From a virus: a DNA stretch of 36,678 nucleotides. The position numbers were made by a program, and so were the translations under genes. Positions within the stretch are counted from its first letter, which is position 1. The number at the start of each line of letters is the position of its first letter. Under the pieces are notes generated by a model. The model saw only the letters and a program-made list of their open reading frames with translations. It did no database searches and was not told the DNA's origin. Location of the stretch: positions 1-36,678 of IMG/VR virus record IMGVR_UViG_3300045988_058288. The stretch is one strand, 5' to 3'. Positions 8,590-17,528 of this stretch are shown one piece after another.

Positions 8590-8609
8590 TCAATTTGCCA
8601 CCTCCTTTT

Positions 8610-9173
8610 CTAAACATCAAAATATGAATCAAATTCATCTTTCATTTCTTGTTCCTCTATTGTTAACTCGATTTGGAAAGACCACGCTTCTTTTGCTCTT
8701 TGATATGCTTTATCTTGTGTATCATTTTTTGAAGGCTTTTCATATCCTCTAACACTCTTTGCATATCCCCACAATGTAGAATCACCAACAATATTATTCG
8801 CTAATGCTAAGAACTTATGCCAATGCATATCACATTCCGTTAAATCAATGCCGTAAAGTTGCATAAAAGCCGAATATATATATTCACCATCTTGTACATA
8901 GTCTAATGTTTTAGTACCTGTAGAATCACTTCTAGGCGTGCTAGAAGGATTATATAGGAATCGTTCTAACTCTTTTAAAATATGCTTGTCTATGATAGGT
9001 GGTTCATCTGCGAATAAATAAGAACAATCTACTTCATCAACAACATGATTGTTGAATCGTTCTAATTCTTCATAGAATCTTATCCACAATCGAAAGTCTG
9101 TATTTAATAAAATAGGCTCGCCATCTAGCGATTGTATGCTATTTGGCAAGCCTTTTATGCGTAAATCAATCAT
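8610..9173 (-). CDS. Bacteriophage Gp15-family protein (tail assembly-associated)
   Basis: 187 aa with an ATGA overlap onto the upstream gene. Located between the chaperone-like ORF and the TMP. The family call is from recall of the motif LLNTDFRLWIRF. Confidence 0.55.
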   Translation of the reverse strand: MIDLRIKGLPNSIQSLDGEPILLNTDFRLWIRFYEELERFNNHVVDEVDCSYLFADEPPIIDKHILKELERFLYNPSSTPRSDSTGTKTLDYVQDGEYIYSAFMQLYGIDLTECDMHWHKFLALANNIVGDSTLWGYAKSVRGYEKPSKNDTQDKAYQRAKEAWSFQIELTIEEQEMKDEFDSYFDV

Positions 9174-9532
9174 TTCTTCGCCGAAATGCTAGAAACAGTT
9201 TTGCTTGCGTCAAGAAATTGCTTCATTCCATTTGTTCCGAATGTTGTTTTTAATTTCTTTTCTAACTGTTCAACCGTTTTCTTTGAATATTCATCATCAA
9301 TCAAATTGACAATATACAATACTTCCATCAAATCAACTTGTTCAAAGTCTGCACTTCCTAACATGCTTTCAATTTGTTCATCTGTTAATACTGTTTTTAA
9401 ATAGTCGAATTTTGCTCGATATGCTTCTTCATGCGTTGCGTGAAATGCGTTACAAGCGTCCTCTGCTTTTAATACTTCAATTGTTTTAGGTGGGATTTCA
9501 TACTGTTTCCCTTCATACGTGATTCTATTCAT
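9170..9532 (-). CDS. Tail assembly chaperone-like protein
   Basis: 120 aa, acidic, located between the major tail gene and the Gp15/TMP genes. AGAGGTAA plus ATG. Confidence 0.5.
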   Translation of the reverse strand: MNRITYEGKQYEIPPKTIEVLKAEDACNAFHATHEEAYRAKFDYLKTVLTDEQIESMLGSADFEQVDLMEVLYIVNLIDDEYSKKTVEQLEKKLKTTFGTNGMKQFLDASKTVSSISAKK

Positions 9533-9550
9533 GATTTACCTCTTCTTTCT

Positions 9551-10057
9551 TTATACTTCTGATGTGCCTTCTGTAAATGTTACTGCTCCATCTGCTACCC
9601 TTGCAGTACCGACACGAATGTCGCTTGCAAAGTTAATGTTGAAGTTGATTTTTGAATCAACACCACTTAATGTGTCGAAAATTAATTTAGCGTCAACTTC
9701 CCACGCTTTATAGCCTTTAGTTTTGTCTCCGTCAAACATAAATACAAGTAAAGCTTTTGTATTTACTTCTTCGTTGTTTGGTACGGATTTCATCATTTGT
9801 TCGTAAATGTATTCAAAATCATCTTCACCTTTAATCATTGTTAAATCTTGCGAAATCTGAGGTGAATAACTCTTTAATGATTCTGTTGGGTTCTTATCTG
9901 CGATAAAGTCATACGTTTCAGTTTCACTATTGAATGAAATATCTAAAGTTGTAGACTTTTTAATTCGCTTGTAACCTTCTCCCATTTGTAAGAACAATCC
10001 AATCATATACTTCTTGACTGTCTGTCCTGTAGTTACTTCAGTTCCTTGAGTTGCTAT
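9551..10057 (-). CDS. Major tail protein; proposed ATA start
   Basis: The track ATG at 10006 has no Shine-Dalgarno. The frame is open from a TAA two codons before ATA 10055-10057. AAGGAG (10066-10071) lies 8 nt upstream. This adds MATQGTEVTTGQTVKKY to the N-terminus. Confidence 0.65.
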   Translation of the reverse strand: MATQGTEVTTGQTVKKYMIGLFLQMGEGYKRIKKSTTLDISFNSETETYDFIADKNPTESLKSYSPQISQDLTMIKGEDDFEYIYEQMMKSVPNNEEVNTKALLVFMFDGDKTKGYKAWEVDAKLIFDTLSGVDSKINFNINFASDIRVGTARVADGAVTFTEGTSEV

Positions 10058-10476
10058 TAATTAAGCTCCTTTCTGTATTTAATTTGAATAGTCAATGCAT
10101 ATACTGCTTGATTATCCTCATTTGTGTATAGATATAAACCACTTGAAACGGAAACATCATCACAATGTCTGTTTCCGTCTAGTTGTGGTAATTCTCCGCT
10201 TAAATTCTTTTCATCAATCCAATTTTCTAATTCTTCTAGAAAAACATTATTGTCTTGTCTTTCTGATTCAATCTGTGTATTCCTACGAGTTAGAAACGTG
10301 TAGTATTCTGTACACATTTGAGAGCCATCAATGTATGTATCTACAATTGCATTAGGTTCTTTGTACAATGCATAAGAGATAGCTTGTTGCGCTAGAACAT
10401 CCGTTTCAATACGTTCATCTATCTGTATATTTCCATAGCAATATAGCCATTGAATCAACGCTTTTGATACTGTCAT
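10057..10476 (-). CDS. Head-tail joining / tail terminator-like protein (assigned by position)
   Basis: 139 aa with GGAGGTAGTGA-ATG and an ATGA overlap onto the upstream stop. Confidence 0.5.
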   Translation of the reverse strand: MTVSKALIQWLYCYGNIQIDERIETDVLAQQAISYALYKEPNAIVDTYIDGSQMCTEYYTFLTRRNTQIESERQDNNVFLEELENWIDEKNLSGELPQLDGNRHCDDVSVSSGLYLYTNEDNQAVYALTIQIKYRKELN

Positions 10477-10835
10477 TCACTACCTCCTATCATCTGTTGT
10501 GCTTTCTTTAAGATTGTTTCTGCTCCACCATTTCGCATAGCTTTTTTAAACCAATGGTCTGTTTTACCTCCAACGAAATGAGCATTCTCTTTGTTGTAAT
10601 ACCAACGCCGAGCATATGGAGCACTTGGTCCACCTTGCTTTACTAATCCACTACCGATTTGTGTTAATCGTGTAGCCGAGTTAATCAATGCTCCTGTGTC
10701 TCTAGGCGTATAGGGTGTCATAAGCCTAATGACTTCGGAATCAATCATTTGTTGAACTCGTCCACGTTCTTCAAGTCCTCTTGATTGTTTAATTTGGGGA
10801 ATTGATTCAACATCAAGTTTGACTTTTATTCCTAT
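10473..10835 (-). CDS. HK97 gp10-family head-tail protein; probable ATA start
   Basis: The track's TTG (10853) lies inside the GGGAGG motif (10847-10852). ATA 10833-10835 overlaps the upstream stop as ATAG and lies 11 nt after the SD. The start assignment is less certain than for the other ATA genes. Confidence 0.55.
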   Translation of the reverse strand: MGIKVKLDVESIPQIKQSRGLEERGRVQQMIDSEVIRLMTPYTPRDTGALINSATRLTQIGSGLVKQGGPSAPYARRWYYNKENAHFVGGKTDHWFKKAMRNGGAETILKKAQQMIGGSE

Positions 10836-11251
10836 TGGCCAACAACCTCCCAATGCTTCAACATATCAACATTCGTACAATCTGTTACGCTTTGAATCGT
10901 TGTCCATTTGTATTTCTTTTTAGCTTCGTTTATTGCTTTAATTGTGGATAAATCTTCTTCGACTTCTCCATAGAATACGAAATCTGTTTTATCTGTATTT
11001 AATGTGAAGTGCTTTTGCTTCTCATCATTTGAAAGTTTCGCATATGCGTAAGGTTCAACATATCCCTCACGATATAGAATTGTAATATTTGTGGATGTGG
11101 CTATGCTAAGAATATTACCGTTTGCAGTTCTAACAGTTGATTGTCTCCACATACATTTATCAAGTATAGAAGCTTGAAACTTATCTTCTCTTGTCAATGT
11201 ATCGTAGTAGTGATTAACAAGCGTGATTGAATCTTCAAAGAAACCTGTCAT
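10832..11251 (-). CDS. Head closure / head-tail adaptor protein (assigned by position)
   Basis: The internal ATG at 11249-11251 forms an ATGA overlap with the upstream stop. The track's longer start at 11296 is unlikely. Confidence 0.5.
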   Translation of the reverse strand: MTGFFEDSITLVNHYYDTLTREDKFQASILDKCMWRQSTVRTANGNILSIATSTNITILYREGYVEPYAYAKLSNDEKQKHFTLNTDKTDFVFYGEVEEDLSTIKAINEAKKKYKWTTIQSVTDCTNVDMLKHWEVVGQ

Positions 11252-11595
11252 AATGCAATCCATCTTTCTTTCATTAAATCTGTATCGCCTAACCAAAAGG
11301 CTATGATATCCTCAAGCATGTTCCTTTTATCCGAGTGTGTAGTGTTTGTAAAGCTTTTGGAATATCCACCATTTGAGATACTTGATACACCATCAATCGA
11401 ATCTTGAAAGATTACATTGTTTAATACATCACAGATACAATCTTTTAAAGTACCTTCGTTCTGTTCATTAATAGAATCAACATTAACATACTTCAATACC
11501 ATTGCTTCTGCTTTGTAAGAATACTGATTGAATTGATTTTCATCAAATTTAGGAAAATGGGAATTGTAATATTCCCAATCTAAAATATTGTTCAT
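11248..11595 (-). CDS. Head-tail connector protein (assigned by position)
   Basis: 115 aa with AAAGGGGGTTGTAAA-ATG. Confidence 0.5.
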   Translation of the reverse strand: MNNILDWEYYNSHFPKFDENQFNQYSYKAEAMVLKYVNVDSINEQNEGTLKDCICDVLNNVIFQDSIDGVSSISNGGYSKSFTNTTHSDKRNMLEDIIAFWLGDTDLMKERWIAL

Positions 11596-11615
11596 TTTAC
11601 AACCCCCTTTTTTTG

Positions 11616-11756
11616 CTATTTTTTCTTTTTATCTTGAGGTTTAGCTTCCTCTTTTTCTTCTGTGGGTTCTTCTTCGTCATTTGAAAGTTTCACATATGCG
11701 TAAGGTTCAACCTTTTTATCGATAGAAGGATAACCCCATCCGATTTCCACTGCCAT
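11616..11756 (-). CDS. Small hypothetical ORF (46 aa) after the capsid gene
   Basis: Encodes MAVEIGWGYPSIDKKVEPYAYVKLSNDEEEPTEEKEEAKPQDKKKK. TAATG overlap with the MCP stop. It contains a 38-bp copy of sequence from the 10832-11251 gene. Confidence 0.3.
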   Translation of the reverse strand: MAVEIGWGYPSIDKKVEPYAYVKLSNDEEEPTEEKEEAKPQDKKKK

Positions 11757-12625
11757 TACTTCGCACTAGCAGATAAGTAAATACCTGCTACCTTATTTTG
11801 GTATACATCGACGATTCCATATTTACGATATTTTAGTACATCTGAATCTGATTCAATGTTATTGCTTGCCGGAATTACATTTGAAACGGTGTGTTTATCC
11901 CATTTCATAACGGCAGGTTTGTGAACAATCAAGAAGTTGATTACGTGTCCATCCTCCGCTTTTTCGTATCCGCCCTCTAACTCTGTGTCTTTTCCACTCA
12001 ACAATTTGATTTTTGTGTAAAAACGACTAGCGGGTACAGGAACAACCTTTGCAAATCCTTGTAAAGCTTCACGAGATTTGTAAGTGTCCAACGCCTTAAC
12101 GCTATTTAATAATGTTGGTGTTGAATACAAGATACGTTGTTCGCTAGGAACTTCATCCTCATCCATTTTAGTGATAGCCGTTAATAATGCGCTCAAGAAC
12201 TCTTCTGCACCTGTATAATCTTCTGAAACCTTTGTGATTCCTGTTGTTCCGGCAATTTTGGCGAATGTGTAAGCGTCTGCTTCCGGTGCTACCTTTGTTC
12301 GCATTAATTCTGCTCCTGCCATGCCAAATGCAATGTTCATTGATTCTGCGTTATCTTGTGTATCGACTGAGATTTTAGTACCTCGGTCATAGTCGAATGT
12401 AGCAGTTTTCCATTCTAACTTAACTGAGTTACCTGTATAACCACTGTTTCTATCGTAGTTTCCTAAACCTTTAACAGATATTTGTGGATAGATGATTTCT
12501 TTTGCATTTGCTCCTGCTCGTACCATTGTAGCGTCTGCATTTAAATCACCTGTAACTGAAGCTAACTTATATACCTCATCCAAATTTGAGACATACGTTT
12601 TAGCTAATGCAATTTCATTTGGTAT
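11756..12625 (-). CDS. Major capsid protein; proposed ATA start
   Basis: The track starts at TTG 12583. The frame opens at a TAA two codons before ATA 12623-12625. AGGAGGA (12634-12640) lies 8 nt upstream. This adds MPNEIALAKTYVSN ahead of LDEVYKLASVTGDL, a typical MCP N-terminus. Confidence 0.75.
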   Translation of the reverse strand: MPNEIALAKTYVSNLDEVYKLASVTGDLNADATMVRAGANAKEIIYPQISVKGLGNYDRNSGYTGNSVKLEWKTATFDYDRGTKISVDTQDNAESMNIAFGMAGAELMRTKVAPEADAYTFAKIAGTTGITKVSEDYTGAEEFLSALLTAITKMDEDEVPSEQRILYSTPTLLNSVKALDTYKSREALQGFAKVVPVPASRFYTKIKLLSGKDTELEGGYEKAEDGHVINFLIVHKPAVMKWDKHTVSNVIPASNNIESDSDVLKYRKYGIVDVYQNKVAGIYLSASAK

Positions 12626-12639
12626 TAATTAAATCCTCC

Positions 12640-13224
12640 TTATTTCTTTTCTGTAGTTAAGCCCATTGCCTGTCGTAACAATAAATCTTCGGCGTTTGGG
12701 TTATCTCCTTGCCCACTGCTTCCAACAATATTACCTTTAACACTAGGCTCATTTTGTTTTTCTTCAAACAAGATTGGCTTATTCTCTTTCAAAGTTTTGA
12801 AAGCTTTGTCAATATCATTTGTTTGGTCTTTTGAATTTAGTAAATCATCATAGTTGAATTGTGATTTTGCTAATTCGAAATCTTTACATCCGTATTCTTT
12901 AGCTTTTGCGCTTAATACAGAATCAAGATTCATTTTGCTAATCTGAGTTTCGTATGTAGTCTTTTGAGTATCAATATCATTCGTCAATGTATTGATTTTA
13001 TTTCTCAATTCTTCTACATCAACTCCATCATAGCTTTTCTTGAAATCATCAAACTTTGTTTGAATATCCTTTGCGTTGTTCTCTGCTAAAGATAGCTTTT
13101 CTTTTTGCTTGTCAAACTCCGCAATCGTCTTGTAGTTGTCATTTACTAGCTTTGTAATTGATTCCTCTTGCTCTTTAGTTAATTCAATGTTTGATTCTTT
13201 TAAAATTTCAATAATGTTTTTCAT
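12640..13224 (-). CDS. Scaffolding protein (GP20-like)
   Basis: 194 aa, coiled-coil and acidic, immediately upstream of the MCP. TAGGAGGGCAC-ATG. Confidence 0.65.
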   Translation of the reverse strand: MKNIIEILKESNIELTKEQEESITKLVNDNYKTIAEFDKQKEKLSLAENNAKDIQTKFDDFKKSYDGVDVEELRNKINTLTNDIDTQKTTYETQISKMNLDSVLSAKAKEYGCKDFELAKSQFNYDDLLNSKDQTNDIDKAFKTLKENKPILFEEKQNEPSVKGNIVGSSGQGDNPNAEDLLLRQAMGLTTEKK

Positions 13225-13320
13225 GTGCCCTCCTAAAGTTATTTATAAACCGAATCTTCTCCGGTATGGCTTTGGCTAACTATATTTTAGCTTGAATAAT
13301 AGCTCACATTGTGAGCGTTT

Positions 13321-14502
13321 TTAGCCGATTCTAAGCCTGTCGTTGTGAACTCTGTCTCCCATTTCAGAACTGAAAGCTTTATACATTGCATTTGCGTGTT
13401 TTAGCTTGATTTTGGATTCTGTACTGCTTAATCCTTGATTGTCCAATAAGATTACTTCCCTCTTTAATGCTCTGATGTTTCTTTCTAATTCTCTTTGATA
13501 CTGCCTAGCTTCATATCCTTCATATTTTTTCCCTTGGAATGTGAAAGGCTTTGTATCAATATTCTTTAACTGCTCTTTTGTATATGCGTAAGGCATATCA
13601 ACATCCCAAACCGGTTGAGCAAAGTGTCTACATCCATAGTCTTTTTCTTCTCCATGCGTTAATTCATACAAGCTAGGATATAGTTTCCCTTGCGTATCGT
13701 ATCGCTTTCCTTGCCATTTCTTATGGCTTGGTCTTGCGTTTGCGTGAGCGTCAAACTCAAATACAGTAACGCCCATATCTTTAGCACATTTATTGTTAAT
13801 TTCTTGTGATGATTCTTTTTCTGCGTACTGCATTTGTTGCCTTACCCATACATCTACATTTCTTTTCACGCCTGTATCATATTCAACAATCTTTACACCA
13901 CTATCCGCTAGTTTAGAAATAGCTTTTCTACAAGAATCATCAATAGTACATTTACCACCTACTACATTCTTAACTTCTTCTTGAACTACCTTTGTAAAAA
14001 ATACCGGTAATTTATCTTTACCGATTGCATACGTGTTAGCACTCGTCTTGATATATTTCTTCCAACGCTTTGAAGTGTCATTTTGTGGACTAATATATAA
14101 ATCTATCTTGAGCTTATTTTTGATAGGTTTCCCACTTGCTTCTTTGATTAAATCAAGTGTTCCTTGCTTATTTTCTTCTAAATCCTTTTTTGATTCCTTA
14201 ATTACATCTTTTTTTAGGCTTTTTGATTCTTTTTTCGTAAATTTACGCAAATCTACGAGTGATTTTGCCAATATCTCATTAAATTTTGCGTTTTCTTCGG
14301 TGGCTTTTTCTAAAACTTCACGAATTTTATTAGATACGAATATCATCATTCCTAATTCAAACACACTAGCACGCTTTACACTTTTTCTTTCTCTTTCTTC
14401 GAGCTTTCTTCTTTTCTCAATCTGCTTTTGTAGGCGTTCTTGTTTCCTCTGCTCTTGCCTTTTTTCACGTTTTTGTTCCCTTTGTTCTTCTTCGCTTAAC
14501 AT
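13321..14502 (-). CDS. Minor capsid / head morphogenesis protein (SPP1 gp7 / Mu F-like)
   Basis: 393 aa. The C-terminal region (FEFDAHANARPSHKKWQGKRY...YGCRHF) is typical of this family. The N-terminus is a highly charged K/R/E tract. Confidence 0.65.
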   Translation of the reverse strand: MLSEEEQREQKREKRQEQRKQERLQKQIEKRRKLEERERKSVKRASVFELGMMIFVSNKIREVLEKATEENAKFNEILAKSLVDLRKFTKKESKSLKKDVIKESKKDLEENKQGTLDLIKEASGKPIKNKLKIDLYISPQNDTSKRWKKYIKTSANTYAIGKDKLPVFFTKVVQEEVKNVVGGKCTIDDSCRKAISKLADSGVKIVEYDTGVKRNVDVWVRQQMQYAEKESSQEINNKCAKDMGVTVFEFDAHANARPSHKKWQGKRYDTQGKLYPSLYELTHGEEKDYGCRHFAQPVWDVDMPYAYTKEQLKNIDTKPFTFQGKKYEGYEARQYQRELERNIRALKREVILLDNQGLSSTESKIKLKHANAMYKAFSSEMGDRVHNDRLRIG

Positions 14503-14520
14503 TTATATACACCCCCTATA

Positions 14521-14543
14521 GAAAAAGGGCTTAAATGCCCTTT
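14521..14543 (-). terminator. Rho-independent terminator after the fibre/XkdX module
   Basis: The minus strand reads AAAGGGC-ATTTAA-GCCCTTT followed by TT. Confidence 0.6.
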
Positions 14544-14559
14544 AAAACGCTTTTAAAGC

Positions 14560-14679
14560 TTATTTAATTAATTCTTTTCTCTGAGTTTCTGTAATCCATC
14601 CGATGGAAGCAAAGATTTCTAAATCACTCTTTGTAAATAAGCCTAATTCATAATACGATTTAATTAATTCATAACTCAT
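14560..14679 (-). CDS. xkdX: XkdX-family small phage protein (39 aa)
   Basis: Not in the ORF track because it is under 60 aa. Encodes MSYELIKSYYELGLFTKSDLEIFASIGWITETQRKELIK, with GGTGAAGTAGT-ATG. Confidence 0.6.
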   Translation of the reverse strand: MSYELIKSYYELGLFTKSDLEIFASIGWITETQRKELIK

Positions 14680-14680
14680 A

Positions 14681-15022
14681 CTACTTCACCCCATTCATCT
14701 GAGCTTTTAATTGAGCGATTTGTAACATCAATTGTGCGTTAATCTTCTCTTGTTCAGTCGGTACTGCTTTTGGTTCTTCAATTGTAGGTTTGTCTCCTTC
14801 TGCAACCTCAATCACTTTACCTTCTACATATTTGTAGTTATATCTTCCGTATTTATCAACTAATCCGTTTTCTAGATATAGACCTTGAGCATGTGCGTAT
14901 CTATCGCCTTGCCCTTTGTCAATCTCTGTCATAGTTGACTTTTCTTCTTCTGATAAGAAGATTTCTGAATTAATAGATGTAATGTTATTTTCTGAATCTT
15001 TATTAATATATACTTTTACCAT
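14681..15022 (-). CDS. Hypothetical protein in the XkdW-like position
   Basis: 113 aa with GGAGTAATAGAC-ATG. It precedes the XkdX-like gene. Confidence 0.5.
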   Translation of the reverse strand: MVKVYINKDSENNITSINSEIFLSEEEKSTMTEIDKGQGDRYAHAQGLYLENGLVDKYGRYNYKYVEGKVIEVAEGDKPTIEEPKAVPTEQEKINAQLMLQIAQLKAQMNGVK

Positions 15023-15033
15023 GTCTATTACTC

Positions 15034-16032
15034 CTATTCATCATCATAAATTTCTGCGTCTAGATTAATTCCACCGCCTACTTTAATTACATAACTAATA
15101 GTCGACCCTCCACGTTGAATTAATTTACTTAGCAATGCGCTTGAAGGTGTTAATGCTAACTCTTTGTAACTGTCTACGCTTGCATTAGTAATATCTTGAC
15201 GTTCTAAATTGATAGCGTCTGTGCTTGCTCCTGTATAAATCCATCCTTCTAAAGTTATATTACTTGAATCTACGGATGGCTTGGAAATTCTCATTGAATT
15301 AACCTCCGGAATATTAAGGTAAATTTTACTGTCTGAAAAAAAGCCACTTCTAGCTCCGGTAATTGGTTGAAAATACCACATACATTTTTGATATTCTTCA
15401 CTATAAATTGGGTGGAGAAATGCAGTAGCGTGTTTACCTTTTTCCAATTTAACCCATTCAATTATGCAAGCTCCATTCTGTGATGTAGTACCGAATCTGA
15501 TGATACTTAATGGAGTACTTGAACCATCAAGTGTTAGCGTGTGGATTCCGTTGGATGTGATTTCTTTTTTTCCAATGAAAGCGTCTTTACCATGAAGACT
15601 ATCTCCTCCTTCTTTCATAGCTTCAAGTCTAAACGAACCTACAATAGAAGATACCTTTATCGAAATTGTAAATTCCTCATTTAATTCAGTCTCCAAGATT
15701 TGGCTTATATAATTCTCTAAATTTCCTAGAGAGTTAGTTGTTGCGCTTCCACCTTTATAGCTTATCCCATTATCTAATTGCTTTACTGTTGTATTATAAA
15801 TTTTCCATCTATCAAATGAATAATTATTTTCACTGTACGTTGTAAACCCACGTTGATTTACTTTAAAATCCGGATTAATCAATAAATTCGGATTGCTAAA
15901 TTTAGTTCCTAGATACTCTACAAGTTTTGATAATAAACCTTTTTTTAATCCTGCGCCATTGTGTACAGGCAATAGGCTATTATCTGTAAAGCTAGGCAAT
16001 GCGTCTAATTCTGTTACTTGTTTTCCTGCCAT
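15034..16032 (-). CDS. Tail fibre / receptor-binding-like protein
   Basis: The true start is probably ATG 16030-16032 (AAGGAGGAATAAC-ATG), giving MAGKQVTELDALPSFTDNSLLPV... The C-terminus is beta-rich. The family is not identified. Confidence 0.5.
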   Translation of the reverse strand: MAGKQVTELDALPSFTDNSLLPVHNGAGLKKGLLSKLVEYLGTKFSNPNLLINPDFKVNQRGFTTYSENNYSFDRWKIYNTTVKQLDNGISYKGGSATTNSLGNLENYISQILETELNEEFTISIKVSSIVGSFRLEAMKEGGDSLHGKDAFIGKKEITSNGIHTLTLDGSSTPLSIIRFGTTSQNGACIIEWVKLEKGKHATAFLHPIYSEEYQKCMWYFQPITGARSGFFSDSKIYLNIPEVNSMRISKPSVDSSNITLEGWIYTGASTDAINLERQDITNASVDSYKELALTPSSALLSKLIQRGGSTISYVIKVGGGINLDAEIYDDE

Positions 16033-16033
16033 G

Positions 16034-16279
16034 TTATTCCTCCTTGATTTTATATTTCCAATCATTACCGACTTCTCCACTTGCGACCTCGTAAGACCAA
16101 TCGGCTAGGATTGTATTTCCCTTTTCATCAACCAAATCTTGAGTGCTTGTTGCGTTCAAATTCGTGGTAAAGTGATTATTCATCACCATTTGATTCAATG
16201 CGTTATGTGATGTTGTTACAGACTTTATTTTCGAGACAAGCCACTGAATAGAAGCTTTGTCTTTAAATACGAAAGACAT
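16034..16279 (-). CDS. Small fibre-associated protein sharing a C-terminal module with the 17525-18334 gene
   Basis: 81 aa. The C-terminus NHFTTNL...LVDEKGNTILADWSYEVASGEVGNDWKYKIK parallels the C-terminus of the 17525-18334 protein. Confidence 0.5.
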   Translation of the reverse strand: MSFVFKDKASIQWLVSKIKSVTTSHNALNQMVMNNHFTTNLNATSTQDLVDEKGNTILADWSYEVASGEVGNDWKYKIKEE

Positions 16280-16282
16280 ATG

Positions 16283-16891
16283 CTAACCCCACATTGTGTT
16301 TAAATCGTTTGTTGTAATCGCCGTTAATTCTGATTTCTTAACATACGCAGATAAATCAATGTCTGTATTACCAATCTTTTCATATGTCTTTGTCTCTGAA
16401 AGCCAAATATACTCATCATAGATATCTTGTGTTCCATGTGAATGTGCTAACAGATAAATTACACCATTTGAACCTGTAGCAGGTAAGCTCGTTACCTTTT
16501 CATATCTAATAGATGTAATATTACCGACTGCCGAATTAATCAACGATTGTACTTGTGATTGCGTTTGATACCCTTTAGCCGTGATAATTGACTCAACGCT
16601 CGTCGCCGACTGATATCCACTGTCATTTGTTAATTGTGATGTCTTTGTAGGCACTGTAACATCCACGGCTTTTGAGTTTGGCGTTAATTTCGTACCATTT
16701 ACCTTTACAGACTCAATCACATTCACTTGAGCACCACTTGCGATACCACTTAATTTTTGCTTTTCTGCGCTAGTATAGTCATTTGTCGATAAGCCTTTAC
16801 CACTTACGACATCAACTTTCCCACCTAACGCCGATTTAATTTTGCTAATCAAGAGCGTCAATCCACTCTTATCTAAATATTCAATAGCTAT
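16283..16891 (-). CDS. Fibre protein; proposed ATA start
   Basis: The track starts at TTG 16861. ATA 16889-16891 lies 7 nt after GGAGG (16899-16903). This adds MAIEYLDKSG ahead of LTLLISKIKSALGGKVD, a fibre-type N-terminus. The protein contains a LSTNDYTSAEKQKL motif. Confidence 0.6.
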   Translation of the reverse strand: MAIEYLDKSGLTLLISKIKSALGGKVDVVSGKGLSTNDYTSAEKQKLSGIASGAQVNVIESVKVNGTKLTPNSKAVDVTVPTKTSQLTNDSGYQSATSVESIITAKGYQTQSQVQSLINSAVGNITSIRYEKVTSLPATGSNGVIYLLAHSHGTQDIYDEYIWLSETKTYEKIGNTDIDLSAYVKKSELTAITTNDLNTMWG

Positions 16892-16902
16892 TCTTTTTCC
16901 TC

Positions 16903-17232
16903 CTATAGACTATTCCATAATTCATCTAGTTCGGTTGTTGATACAGAAGTTACAGAACCTTCTGCCATAGCTCCAATATCTTCCGGAGTATATACCGGTC
17001 TTGTTTCTGCTTTCGCCCATGTTGGAACTGTTGGGTCTATTTCTTCAACCTCTCCAATGATTTCATTACCATTTAATTTAGGCTTGTTCTTTAGCTTGTT
17101 GTAATCACTTGTACCTTCAACAAACTTCTCATCTAAGCCTAAAGTTAATGTTTCTTTATCTTCATTGATTTCAATTTGAAGCTTGTCTGATTCATCCTCT
17201 ATATTCATTTGAATATCTTTCATTAGAATCAT
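16903..17232 (-). CDS. Hypothetical structural-module protein
   Basis: 109 aa with an ATGA overlap onto the upstream stop. Confidence 0.5.
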   Translation of the reverse strand: MILMKDIQMNIEDESDKLQIEINEDKETLTLGLDEKFVEGTSDYNKLKNKPKLNGNEIIGEVEEIDPTVPTWAKAETRPVYTPEDIGAMAEGSVTSVSTTELDELWNSL

Positions 17233-17528
17233 GTAATCACTTCCTTATTCAATACTCTATATACCTTTGTTGTTTTGATAGGAGAAGCAATAGCAACTCC
17301 TCCTTTTGTAATCATTCTTAATTGAATATTACAAGTACCCTCTTTGAAATTGAGCGTTTCTTCTTGGCTTAACAACACTGAAATAGTATTCCCTTCAACG
17401 TCTAAATCACTTGATTCTTTTTTCAAGATATATCCGTTCTGTTCAAATACCACATAGATATTCTGCATTTCATTTAAATCAATATCGTTTATTGTTATTT
17501 GAATTGTTGGCGTAGTTCCTTGTCTCAT
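17229..17528 (-). CDS. Hypothetical structural-module protein
   Basis: The start is probably ATG 17526-17528, which forms an ATGA overlap with the upstream stop, rather than the track's TTG at 17549. Confidence 0.5.
   Translation of the reverse strand: MRQGTTPTIQITINDIDLNEMQNIYVVFEQNGYILKKESSDLDVEGNTISVLLSQEETLNFKEGTCNIQLRMITKGGVAIASPIKTTKVYRVLNKEVIT

Noticed and set aside
8610-9532. Programmed -1 frameshift between the two tail-chaperone-position ORFs (G/GT-like).
   Set aside because: No canonical X XXY YYZ slippery heptamer appears near the end of the 9170-9532 ORF. The two ORFs are joined by an ordinary ATGA overlap.
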